Source: a bacterium
Lineage (GTDB): Bacteria; Patescibacteriota; Patescibacteriia; UBA10025
DNA: 64,000 nt
Reading direction: 5' to 3'
Assembly (NCBI GenBank): GCA_021815445.1
Contig: JAKAGM010000001.1
Coordinates: forward strand, 403,710-467,709
The notes beneath the pieces were generated by a model. It saw nothing but the letters and a program-made list of their open reading frames with translations. It was not told the DNA's origin and did not search any database. The position numbers were made by a program, and so were the translations under genes. Shown here piece by piece: positions 47,055 through 55,913 of this stretch; position 1 is the stretch's first letter, and every line of letters starts with the position of its first letter.

Positions 47055-47437
47055 AATGGTTCAGTAATGTCTCTTATGTCAGGGGTATAGGTTAGTATTT
47101 TTATTTTTTTTTGGCCTTCGTAAAATTCAAACGGGATTTTTAAGTAAGTTCTATACGTTCCGAAATCTTGGTAAACTCCGTATATTACATATTTCGGTGG
47201 TTCTGTAATTTTACTTTTTAGGTGCTTTGACGGGCAGTAGCACTCACTATTTTTGAATATCGTTGGTATAAGTAAATTCAAAAACCTGTCTTTCATGTAT
47301 ACGTAATAGTAGGCTTTGCTTGGATTCTTTTGGTGCTTTTCAAAATTGTGTTTTGTGAACAGTAAACGATAATCCTTAAATTTCCCACTGTCAAGGATTA
47401 GGTCAAGAACATATTCCTCTTTAGGACTAGTAAACAC
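47015..47437 (-). CDS. hypothetical protein (AT-rich islet)
   Basis: 140-aa ORF at about 33% GC, K/Y-rich. Confidence 0.35.
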   Translation of the reverse strand: MFTSPKEEYVLDLILDSGKFKDYRLLFTKHNFEKHQKNPSKAYYYVYMKDRFLNLLIPTIFKNSECYCPSKHLKSKITEPPKYVIYGVYQDFGTYRTYLKIPFEFYEGQKKIKILTYTPDIRDITEPLCKTKSQALKLFS

Positions 47438-47573
47438 TGCCTATATTCCGTTACGACTAGCAAAATCTTCATCAAAACAAGTATAACACATATTGTGCTT
47501 TAATGGGGTATCTTCAAATACAAATTTAAATTATGTCACTAAGGGAGATGTTCACTTATCCACAAGGCGGGTA

Positions 47574-47603
47574 TTGACACTTCGGTTTTTGTTCGGGTAT
47601 ACT
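47574..47603 (+). promoter_or_regulatory. sigma70-like promoter TTGACA-18-TATACT upstream of lexA
   Basis: TTGACA at 47574-47579 and TATACT at 47598-47603. The -10 element sits inside a GTTC-N11-GAAC dyad with a central GTATAC. Confidence 0.5.
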
Positions 47604-47624
47604 AAGAACGTACAATACCTACAT

Positions 47625-48248
47625 ATGGCTCCAATACTACCGAAACAAAAGCAGAAAATCCTCGCCTTCCTCAAAAGCTATATTAAGGAGAATGGGTATG
47701 CCCCCACGCTCACTGAGATAGCCAAGGAATTTAATGTCTCTTCCCTTGCCACGGTACACGAGCACATTCAATTTCTCGAGGAAAGGGGTTTTATTAAGCG
47801 TGACTCCAGCGCAAAAAGAGGCATAACAATAGTTGATTTCGCGGATGAAGAGAGGTTTGCCGAGTCTATGTCCGTCTTGCTGCCCTTAGCCGGCACAATC
47901 ACCGCCGGCGAACCCATCGAAGCTATTGAAGACATCCAAGAAAGGATACCCATTCCACGGGAGCTGGTCGGCAACAAAAACGCCTTCATTCTCAAAGTAA
48001 AGGGCGACTCAATGATTGAAAGCATGATCTCAGACGGAGACTATGTCATCGTAGAAAAAACTGATTACGCGAAAGACGGCGATATGGTTGTAGCCCTCCT
48101 CGAAGACGGCTCAGCGACATTAAAGAAGATGTACAGGCAAAAGAACCTAATCCGCCTCCAGCCGGCCAATGCGCAATATAAGCCGCGGCTTGTCAGGAAT
48201 GTCGTAATCCAAGGAAAAGTGATGGGCATAATAAGAAAGTATGCTTAA
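47625..48248 (+). CDS. lexA: LexA repressor (S24 peptidase)
   Basis: wHTH region LTEIAKEFNVSSLATVHEHIQFLEERGFIKR. Ala-Gly cleavage region LLPLAGTITAGEP. S24 Ser/Lys motifs GDSMIE ... KK. Start placed at internal MAPILPKQ. Confidence 0.85.
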   Translation: MAPILPKQKQKILAFLKSYIKENGYAPTLTEIAKEFNVSSLATVHEHIQFLEERGFIKRDSSAKRGITIVDFADEERFAESMSVLLPLAGTITAGEPIEAIEDIQERIPIPRELVGNKNAFILKVKGDSMIESMISDGDYVIVEKTDYAKDGDMVVALLEDGSATLKKMYRQKNLIRLQPANAQYKPRLVRNVVIQGKVMGIIRKYA

Positions 48249-48295
48249 GATATTTTTTTACCCTGTACCTTCGGTTTTTATTCGGTAACAAACAT

Positions 48296-49540
48296 ATGAG
48301 CTCAAAAAAACAATCCCCTATTCGCACCATCCTCTTTGTCAGTCTTGATAAATTCATCGCCTCCGTTGAGGAAGCGCTTCATCCGGAACTCAAGGGGAAG
48401 CCGGTCGTCATCAGTGATGAACGACACGGCACGGTAACGAGTACAAATCAGTTTGCCCATAGCATGGGCATACGTCCCAGGATGCAGCTCTTCGAAGCCC
48501 ACCGGCGGGCGCCGCTCGGACATTTCATCCCGAGCAGTATTCCGCGTATAGAACAATTTTCAAAAGAATTTTTTAAGATTCTCGCGAGATTTTCAAATAA
48601 CGTAGAACCCGTCGCGCTTGACCAGGCCTTTGTCGACCTCACGGGATATGAATACCTGTGGATTTCACCCGAGTACGCCGCACTGAAAATTAAGTACGCC
48701 CTCCAGACCGAACTGGAGATTACCGCAAGTATCGGTATCGCCTCCAATAAGCTCTGCGCGCAAATCGCAGGAAGCTTAAAAAAACCGAACGGGATGATGA
48801 CGATTCCGTGGGGCAGTGAAGAAAGTTTTCTTGCACCGATCTCAATAGAACATTTACCCGGGATAGGATCAAGGACTGCCGTTGCACTGCGCGCCATAGG
48901 GATCTCTACTATCGGGAGCCTCGCTAAGTTGTCTCCGGCTATTTGCACGGAGAGTTTCGGCAAAGTCGGTGCGACCCTCTGGAGCCTCGCGAAAGGGCTC
49001 GACACCCGTGCGGTATATGCGGCTCAGCGCGTGCATTCAATCTCACGAAGTGTACGCTTGCCGGGGTTGCATTCACTTGCTGACTTTACTACCGTAATTT
49101 CAGAACTTAGTTCGTCTCTAGGTAAACAACTCAAACAATGCGCGCTTCAATCACGTACGGTCGCGGTGAGACTGCGCACTGCAGAAGGCGAAGTCATCCA
49201 GCACCAAAAAACATTTCAAACTCCGCTAGATGAAAAAAGTGACATCGAAAATGCGGCCGTTCGGATTCTCAACGAAATGAGTCTGTATCACCAGAGATAT
49301 ATGACTCTTAGCTTACTTGCGCTAAACATCCAGAGCGTCGGCAAATTCCAAACGAGTGCGTTCGGTCCGTCATTTGGAAAACTAAAAGCAATTAAGCGCT
49401 CAGTTGAGCGCCTGCAAGACCGATACGGTGTTCCCGGTTTTGTGCAGAGTGAACGTGTGTCGACTCCTGATACCCATAGCCGGGATGCTTATTACCCAAG
49501 TGATTTCCGTGGCTTTGTTATGGAAGGTTCTCTGCCGTAA
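48296..49540 (+). CDS. Y-family DNA polymerase homologue (DinB/ImuB-like)
   Basis: 414 aa with the IMS/UmuC fold. N-terminal VSLDKFIASVE aligns with DinB VDMDCFFAAVE, and ALDQAFVDLT aligns with SLDEAYLDVT. Confidence 0.7.
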   Translation: MSSKKQSPIRTILFVSLDKFIASVEEALHPELKGKPVVISDERHGTVTSTNQFAHSMGIRPRMQLFEAHRRAPLGHFIPSSIPRIEQFSKEFFKILARFSNNVEPVALDQAFVDLTGYEYLWISPEYAALKIKYALQTELEITASIGIASNKLCAQIAGSLKKPNGMMTIPWGSEESFLAPISIEHLPGIGSRTAVALRAIGISTIGSLAKLSPAICTESFGKVGATLWSLAKGLDTRAVYAAQRVHSISRSVRLPGLHSLADFTTVISELSSSLGKQLKQCALQSRTVAVRLRTAEGEVIQHQKTFQTPLDEKSDIENAAVRILNEMSLYHQRYMTLSLLALNIQSVGKFQTSAFGPSFGKLKAIKRSVERLQDRYGVPGFVQSERVSTPDTHSRDAYYPSDFRGFVMEGSLP

Positions 49541-49917
49541 ACCGGCAGAGCCAAAGAGTTATTGAATTTTTGTGTCTTGGATGCGACTTTCTGAAAAGTC
49601 TTCAGCAGATTATCGGAGGTACCCTCCGAAGAAGAAACGCCCACGACAGGCAGTCTATAAGCAAAACCCATAGTATTGGCGATAATGATTCCGGAACGTA
49701 AAGATGAAAAAGCCCCCGGGCCTTGTTCAACAAAAACAGCGCCAAGCGAAGCCGGACGGATCTTGTGCGTTGCGAGTAGCTTACGAACAGCATTGAGCAT
49801 TCCCCCTGCGCGCAGTTTGGTATCCATCGCCGTTTTTAATCCGAACCGTCTGCCCGTACTGCCAAGGAGGGCTGCGATAAACCGCGATTGGTCCCTGGTA
49901 TCAAGGTAAAGATACAT
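49492..49917 (-). CDS. tsaB: tRNA t6A biosynthesis protein TsaB-like (short, YeaZ N-terminal domain only)
   Basis: 141 aa. YLYLDTRDQSRFIAALL ... GPGAFSSLRSGIIIANTMGF resembles the TsaB/YeaZ N-terminal domain. Convergent 49-nt overlap with the polymerase gene. Confidence 0.55.
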   Translation of the reverse strand: MYLYLDTRDQSRFIAALLGSTGRRFGLKTAMDTKLRAGGMLNAVRKLLATHKIRPASLGAVFVEQGPGAFSSLRSGIIIANTMGFAYRLPVVGVSSSEGTSDNLLKTFQKVASKTQKFNNSLALPVYGREPSITKPRKSLG

Positions 49918-49920
49918 CGG

Positions 49921-50484
49921 CTATTTTTTATTCAGCTTGTCGATGACGGTGACTTTTTTATTTTCAAGAATATCGAATACAAAACGGTCAGTCAGACTGT
50001 TTCGATATTCATATTCTTTCTTGCTCATTACCGTATACCGTATAGAGTGATCGAAGTTTTTTTTGAACTGGTTCATGAGCCGTTTCAGTTTGGCTCGGTT
50101 TACTTTGCCTACTATAAGCAAGTCAGTGCGTACGTCAGCAACGCCGGTAAAAATCCCCGTGAGCACCAAGAGGGATATCTGCCCGATTGAACGAAGATTT
50201 CTTGCAAGGTCTTTTTCGAGCGTGAGCTGGGATTTGATAATCAGGCTTTTGAGCTCAGGGTAGAGGATGTGATGTTCATTGATCCGGTAATATTTTTTTT
50301 GGTCCTTGACCTCGCCCACAACAAGTTCAATACCCGCAAGATGGTCGAGCTCACGGCGGACGGAGTTGATGCGCTCGCCGATTTTGCGCGTTAATTCCCT
50401 CACAAAATAACTTTTTCCTGGGTTGGTGAGAAAAACGCGTAAAAGTTTGACGCGCGTCCGTGAACCAAAAAGTTGTTCAAGCAT
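49921..50484 (-). CDS. winged-helix DNA-binding protein
   Basis: 187 aa. N-terminal RVKLLRVFLTNPGKSYFVRELTRKIGERINSVRRELDHL matches an ArsR/wHTH-like pattern. Confidence 0.45.
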   Translation of the reverse strand: MLEQLFGSRTRVKLLRVFLTNPGKSYFVRELTRKIGERINSVRRELDHLAGIELVVGEVKDQKKYYRINEHHILYPELKSLIIKSQLTLEKDLARNLRSIGQISLLVLTGIFTGVADVRTDLLIVGKVNRAKLKRLMNQFKKNFDHSIRYTVMSKKEYEYRNSLTDRFVFDILENKKVTVIDKLNKK

Positions 50485-50537
50485 ATATATCCTTCCTTGT
50501 CTAAGAGATAAATTTAGTATACTATGATACTGTTCAT

Positions 50538-52829
50538 ATGAGCAAGACAGCTCACTTCACCCATGTTGAGACCACCATGCCAGCAAACATGAATATTGAA
50601 AAGATGCTTGTCTATGAGGCCGGCCGAAGCAGATCGACCGCGCATGTTTTTATTTCACACCCGACGCCCGTCGAAGAACAAATGCTCGGGAGCTTGCTCC
50701 TGCTGATTGAGCTCCAATCGATTGATCCCGTCAATCAGGATATCATCCATGAGATTCAGAAAGAACTCCAGACCGCCTACTACTCCTCAGAAGAACTGAA
50801 CGCCGAGGTGGCTTTTGAGAGTGCTCTCTCAAAAGTAAACCAAAAAATTGCTGACCTGGTCTCCGATTATGCAAACAACTGGTACGAGAGGCTTAACGTC
50901 GTCGCGGCCGTAGTCCATGGCGAACATTTGTATTTTGCCGAATACGGCAGGATGCATATCTTTATAATCCGCAACGACCTTATTTCAGACATTCTCCAAT
51001 CGACCCCGAGGCTTGATGAATCCCGTGGCGCGCTCAAAATATTTTCTAACGTTATTACGGGTAAAATCCGCGCCGGGGAACATATGCTCATTACCACCGC
51101 CTCGCTGATGGATTATTTCTCCCCTGAGAAGCTGCGCCGCACCGTCGTGGAACACCAGCCCCACCAAGCGCTCGCTACCCTCGAGAGCATACTTTCAGAC
51201 AACGTCAATCAGACTGCTTTTGCGGCGCTGCTGATCAGCTCACAAGAAATAAGAAATGTCGCACCGGTATTCGCAGAAGCGCCCATGGTGCCCTCCCATC
51301 CGCAGTACTCCGCGCCGCAAACTTCGATGGACCGGCTGATCCAGCACGAACACACGACTCAGGAATATCTATCCCCCTCCATCACGGCGAATATTAAAAA
51401 GTCGACTTCGGAGTTACTCGTATCACTGTCAAAATGGTTCAACACAAAGGTACTCCATAGGTCGCCTCGCCGCTACCAGCTCCAGCAGGATCTCAAGGAC
51501 TATGGCCATACCTACAAGCCGCATAAAGAATTCTCCGAACAAACGATGAGCTCCGCGGTCTCCCGCGGTTTCGCGAGTGTGCTCAAATGGGTAAGTTACC
51601 TATTCGCAGCCGTGGCGCGTGTACGGATAAAAAAGAGCGCGAAACCAACCCCACTCGCAACAGCGCCGAGAAGGCTGAGTCGTCTCCCTTCCAGCATTAT
51701 TGTTTCACTCAAAAGACTCCCCCGGCGCACAAAGATTTTGCTTGCAGTCGCGCTAATTATTGTATTCATTTTTTCTCAGAGCATTGTCAATCTGGGCATT
51801 AAAAAGTCATCCCATACTGCAGAAGCTGATTACTCTTCAACTGTGCAAGCGATAGAGAAATTACTTGTAGAGGCTGATGCCGCCTTCTCCTACTCAAATG
51901 ACAGCGCGGCACGAACAGACATCCAGCAGGCAAAAAGTCTTCTCGATGCGCTTCCGCACAAGACGGACGCGCAAAAAACCAAGGTGAGCGAACTTACTGT
52001 GAGACTCGCCGCGTTGCAGGAACGGGGCAGGCATCTCACCCGCATTCAAAATCCCACTGTTGTTGCAGACTTGACGACAGTGAGCCAAAACTCAGAAGTG
52101 GCAGGAATGGTACTCATCGGCAAGGAATTGTTTGCCTTTTCTCCCGCTCAAAACAAAATCTACCACGTCCCGCTCTCTACGGGTACCCCCGAACTCTACG
52201 CCAAGGAAGAAACCAACGCAAGTTTCCAGTATGTAACCCCGTCATCGGGCAACACCTTGCTATTCCTTAATTCCTTGAATGGCCTCAATGAGTTCACCAT
52301 CGCTTCGAAGGCTTTGAAAGATGTTGCCTTTACGCTTCAAAAACCGAGCGCGAATATCATTGATATTCAACACTACCAAGGGAGGATGTACCTTCTTGAT
52401 ATAGCAAACCAGCAAATCTGGCGCGCAATCCGGTCGGGAACATCGTACGGCACCGTGACCGGCTGGCTGAAGGACAGCACCGGCGTGCAAGACGCCAAGT
52501 CCTTCGCGATAGACGGGTCAATCTATCTCCTCCCATCATCAGGAAGCGTGCGTAAATTTACCAGGGGCTCAGAGGAGCAATTTGCGCTTGAACAGATAGA
52601 CCCCGCCTTAACGAGCGCGACAAAAATCTTTACGAACGAAAACGCGAAGAATCTCTATATACTTGACGCTTCCACGCAGAGACTTATTGTTTTCACGAAA
52701 GACGGCAAGTTTGTCAGTCAATTCACCTCTGACCAATTTACCAACCTGAAGGACGTCGCCATTGATCAGGGGGAAACCACCGCCTATCTGCTCGGCGGCC
52801 AAAAGATATTTTCCCTGCCTTTGAAATAG
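50538..52829 (+). CDS. large hypothetical membrane protein (single central TM helix, C-terminal beta-rich domain)
   Basis: 763-aa ORF. One TM segment near residue 390 (ILLAVALIIVFIF). No confident domain assignment. Confidence 0.5.
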   Translation: MSKTAHFTHVETTMPANMNIEKMLVYEAGRSRSTAHVFISHPTPVEEQMLGSLLLLIELQSIDPVNQDIIHEIQKELQTAYYSSEELNAEVAFESALSKVNQKIADLVSDYANNWYERLNVVAAVVHGEHLYFAEYGRMHIFIIRNDLISDILQSTPRLDESRGALKIFSNVITGKIRAGEHMLITTASLMDYFSPEKLRRTVVEHQPHQALATLESILSDNVNQTAFAALLISSQEIRNVAPVFAEAPMVPSHPQYSAPQTSMDRLIQHEHTTQEYLSPSITANIKKSTSELLVSLSKWFNTKVLHRSPRRYQLQQDLKDYGHTYKPHKEFSEQTMSSAVSRGFASVLKWVSYLFAAVARVRIKKSAKPTPLATAPRRLSRLPSSIIVSLKRLPRRTKILLAVALIIVFIFSQSIVNLGIKKSSHTAEADYSSTVQAIEKLLVEADAAFSYSNDSAARTDIQQAKSLLDALPHKTDAQKTKVSELTVRLAALQERGRHLTRIQNPTVVADLTTVSQNSEVAGMVLIGKELFAFSPAQNKIYHVPLSTGTPELYAKEETNASFQYVTPSSGNTLLFLNSLNGLNEFTIASKALKDVAFTLQKPSANIIDIQHYQGRMYLLDIANQQIWRAIRSGTSYGTVTGWLKDSTGVQDAKSFAIDGSIYLLPSSGSVRKFTRGSEEQFALEQIDPALTSATKIFTNENAKNLYILDASTQRLIVFTKDGKFVSQFTSDQFTNLKDVAIDQGETTAYLLGGQKIFSLPLK

Positions 52830-52871
52830 TAATGAATAGCTACCGAGAAAGACCGACAGTTTTCCAAGCAA

Positions 52872-52907
52872 TTAAAAAACTTCCCCGATCCACAGGGAAG
52901 TTTTTTG
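52872..52907. terminator. bidirectional rho-independent terminator between convergent genes
   Basis: AAAAAA-CTTCCC-cgatccaca-GGGAAG-TTTTTT. Confidence 0.65.
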
Positions 52908-52919
52908 AATGTCTCGTAT

Positions 52920-53342
52920 TTATTTCAGAGCAACTTGAGCGCCGGCAGCCTCGAGTTTCTTCTTAAGGTCCTCCGCTTCCTCTTTGGTGGCGCCTTCCTT
53001 AATAACCTTTGGCGCTCCATCAACGAGGTCTTTTGATTCTTTGAGGCCCTTTTGAGTTACTTCACGGACTACCTTGATGACCGCAATCTTGTTCGCGCCT
53101 GCGGCGGTCAGCTCAACATTGAAGCTTGTCTTCTCCTCAGCCGCAGCGCCTGCTCCCGCCGCGCCGGCCATCGCTCCTGCCATCATCATCGGCGCCTGGG
53201 CTGATACGCCGAATTTGCCTTCGAGCACTTTGACGAGCTCGGACAATTCAAGGGCGGTGAGTTTTTCTATCTGCTCAATAAGAGCTTTAAACTTCTCCGG
53301 AACCTCGACTGCCTTTTGCTCTTGTTTTTGTTCGTCTGCCAT
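52920..53342 (-). CDS. rplL: 50S ribosomal protein L7/L12
   Basis: 140 aa. Ala-rich hinge; C-terminal [29 protein letters not shown]. Confidence 0.95.
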   Translation of the reverse strand: MADEQKQEQKAVEVPEKFKALIEQIEKLTALELSELVKVLEGKFGVSAQAPMMMAGAMAGAAGAGAAAEEKTSFNVELTAAGANKIAVIKVVREVTQKGLKESKDLVDGAPKVIKEGATKEEAEDLKKKLEAAGAQVALK

Positions 53343-53388
53343 AGTGGTTGCGATAATAACTAATAATTAATAAAGTGGAAAATATACG

Positions 53389-53916
53389 TTAGACGGGCTT
53401 TTTTTCCTGAATCGCTTTGAGGGCATAGACCAGCCCGCGCAGGTTTCCCTGCAATACACCGACAAATCCCCGGAGGGGCGAACTGACAACCGACACGAAC
53501 ATGGCCATGAGTTCTTTTTTGCCCGGAAGCTTCGCGAATGCAAGCGCTTGTTCGGCATTCATGAATGCTCCGCTGACGATGCCCCCGAGGAACCTGACTG
53601 ATTCATGCGTCTTGGCAAATTCATTGAGTACTTTCGCCGGCGTCAATTCGTCAGTCATGCCGAACGCAGCTGACACCGTACCGGCAAACGTGCCGACTTC
53701 GTCGGCAGATAAACCTGCTGATTTCAGCGCCTTCTGTACAAGGGTCTTTTTTACAACGACGAATCCCACGCCTGCTTCTCTGAGCGTTCTGCGAAGTCCC
53801 ATGGTATCAACGGCATTTAATCCGTCCTGCCGGACAAATATAACGCTTTTCATGTCCTTGAAGTTTGCTTCTAGACTTTTGAGCGATTCTGCCTTTTGTG
53901 ATCGTGTTTTTGGCAT
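53389..53916 (-). CDS. rplJ: 50S ribosomal protein L10
   Basis: Start placed at internal MPKTRSQKAESLKSLEANFKDMKSVIFV. L10 family pattern. Confidence 0.9.
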   Translation of the reverse strand: MPKTRSQKAESLKSLEANFKDMKSVIFVRQDGLNAVDTMGLRRTLREAGVGFVVVKKTLVQKALKSAGLSADEVGTFAGTVSAAFGMTDELTPAKVLNEFAKTHESVRFLGGIVSGAFMNAEQALAFAKLPGKKELMAMFVSVVSSPLRGFVGVLQGNLRGLVYALKAIQEKKPV

Positions 53917-54089
53917 AAAAAAAATCCACGGAATAGTCCGCAGTTTCAAAGAAGTATGCCCGAATTCCGGGCTTTCATTCCTGCGTAGGCTCCCATCAAA
54001 GGATAGGATTTATACTCTTTATGTAGAGTACCTACGGTCTGCGGAAATGTTTAGTACCACCAGTATATACTATTAAAAAAACATGTCAA
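53917..54089 (-). promoter_or_regulatory. rplJ promoter (TTGACA-16-TATACT) and about 145-nt structured L10 leader
   Basis: Minus strand has TTGACA (54089-54084) and TATACT (54067-54062). The leader contains the long-range pairing TTCCGCAGACCG / CTGCGGACTATTCCG and AT-rich internal loops. Confidence 0.45.
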
Positions 54090-54144
54090 GTCTGCCCCGA
54101 AAGGAAGGTGTACCTCCCCGGCACCTACAAACGTCTTCTGTGAT

Positions 54145-54420
54145 TTATTCCTTGTCGGAAAAATGCTCCGGGCGCAACGGTTCGACAGCGGGGCCGTTGA
54201 TTACATGGCCGTCGACAGCATACCGGGCACCGTGGCATGGACAGTCCCAGGTTTTGTCCTTGTCATTCCATCCTACGTCGCACTGTTTATGCGTGCACAC
54301 GCTGGATAGCGTGTGTATCACGCCCTTTCCGTCGCGATAGACAGCCAGATGCTTCTCTTTGACTACTTTGCCCTCGTTGTTTTTCAAATCATCATCATTC
54401 ATAGTATCATGGTAGCACAC
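54145..54420 (-). CDS. Rieske [2Fe-2S] domain protein
   Basis: 91 aa. CTHKQCDVGW ... CPCHGARY (CxH...CxxH). Confidence 0.75.
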   Translation of the reverse strand: MCYHDTMNDDDLKNNEGKVVKEKHLAVYRDGKGVIHTLSSVCTHKQCDVGWNDKDKTWDCPCHGARYAVDGHVINGPAVEPLRPEHFSDKE

Positions 54421-54422
54421 AT

Positions 54423-55175
54423 ATGAATGCCTCGAAACATCAACTGGGCTGCCTCATCATCCATGGGTTTACGTCGCACAGTTCATCACTTGAAGCCGTT
54501 ATTCCTGGATTGGACAAACGTCGCATCCCCTGGCACTACCCCATCCTCGCAGGACACGGGACGGGTCCTAAGGATCTCGAACGCGCAACATGGGAAATGT
54601 GGCAGAAGGATGCAGAAGATGGTCTGAACTACCTGCTGGGGACATCCGACAGAGCCGTCATTGTTGCACTTTCGATGGGGACTCTTCTGGCGCTGGAACT
54701 TGCCGAGAAATATCCCGACCGCGTCGCCGGGCTTGTGCTGCTGTCCCCTTGTTTGCGTTTTTATTTGAAACTTGTGAAATTTACGCCTATCCTTACCAGG
54801 GTGTTAAAACGTTTTCCAAACCCGAGCGCAGCTAAGTTCAGTTCTTTGGAATATGCAAAGCGCGACAAAGGGTATCTCTGGTTTCCGACACTCGCTTTCA
54901 GACATTACTGGATTCGAACTCAACATTTTGATTCAGTGTTAGAAAACGTTCACCAGCCGGTGCGCATCATTCATTCAAAAAACGACAAGGTAGCCGACCC
55001 GTCTGGCGCGCAGCACATTTATCATCATCTTCCGTCAAAGCACAAGGAGCTCATCTGGCTCGAGAAATCAGGACATGAGGTACTATTGGATAGTGAAGCA
55101 GACACTGTATTGCGGTATATTTTTGAGTTTGAAATATTTGCCGAGTCAGCGCAACCGCAGAGAGTCGCGCTGTAG
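54423..55175 (+). CDS. alpha/beta hydrolase (carboxylesterase-like)
   Basis: 250 aa. IIHGFTSH N-terminus; nucleophile elbow LSMGTLLA. Confidence 0.75.
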   Translation: MNASKHQLGCLIIHGFTSHSSSLEAVIPGLDKRRIPWHYPILAGHGTGPKDLERATWEMWQKDAEDGLNYLLGTSDRAVIVALSMGTLLALELAEKYPDRVAGLVLLSPCLRFYLKLVKFTPILTRVLKRFPNPSAAKFSSLEYAKRDKGYLWFPTLAFRHYWIRTQHFDSVLENVHQPVRIIHSKNDKVADPSGAQHIYHHLPSKHKELIWLEKSGHEVLLDSEADTVLRYIFEFEIFAESAQPQRVAL

Positions 55176-55223
55176 GTTTTAATTAGTGAGCGCAGCTCTC
55201 CGCGGCTGCGCGAACTTGATCAC

Positions 55224-55913
55224 TTACTCAATCAGCGTCCCCTGGAACTTTGCCCCGCTGAGAATCTTCCGTACATTCACGAGATCCGTTCCGAGGCAGA
55301 CGACGACCTTCACGCCCAGCTGCTTGGCCAGTTTTGACGCCTCCGGATCAAAGGGTATGTGCCTTCCGGGGACATGTTTTGAACCTGCCAGCTTGAGAAA
55401 GTCATTCCAGCTTATCCGTGCGATCGGCTTTGCGTCTTTGTCCTTACGCGGGTCAGCTGTGTAGACGTAGCGGATGTTACTGAGATTAATCACCAGGTCG
55501 GCTCCATACGCCTGGGCAAGCATGATGGCATCCTTGTCGGACGAGGAGCCCGGTTTCCACCCGGCACCGACGAGAATCTTTTTGTCTGTCACGACTCTCT
55601 TGGTAGGATTATGCAGTACTTCGTAATATGCGAGTTTGCCGAAAAGCGTCCGGACCAGTTCGGCGTTCATTTTCGTCGATGCGATACCGATCCAGTCGAG
55701 ATCATCGGCAGACATGGCCGGAACAATTTGTTTCGCGGCTTTTTGATATTCCCGGCATACGCTGCCGCCTCCCGCGACAAGGATAAAACGAAACCCTTTT
55801 TTCGCGAATTCAGTAATAACAGTGCGAAACTTTTTCAGGAAAGCCGTATCAACCTTAGCCGGGATGATAATTGATCCTCCGAGGGATATAATGATTGTTC
55901 GTCGAATGCTCAT
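55224..55913 (-). CDS. pyrH: UMP kinase (amino-acid kinase family)
   Basis: 229 aa. IIISLGGSII, VAGGGSV, ILVGAGWKPGSSSDKDA, YVYTADPRKD and GTLIE align with the PyrH motifs. Confidence 0.75.
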   Translation of the reverse strand: MSIRRTIIISLGGSIIIPAKVDTAFLKKFRTVITEFAKKGFRFILVAGGGSVCREYQKAAKQIVPAMSADDLDWIGIASTKMNAELVRTLFGKLAYYEVLHNPTKRVVTDKKILVGAGWKPGSSSDKDAIMLAQAYGADLVINLSNIRYVYTADPRKDKDAKPIARISWNDFLKLAGSKHVPGRHIPFDPEASKLAKQLGVKVVVCLGTDLVNVRKILSGAKFQGTLIE

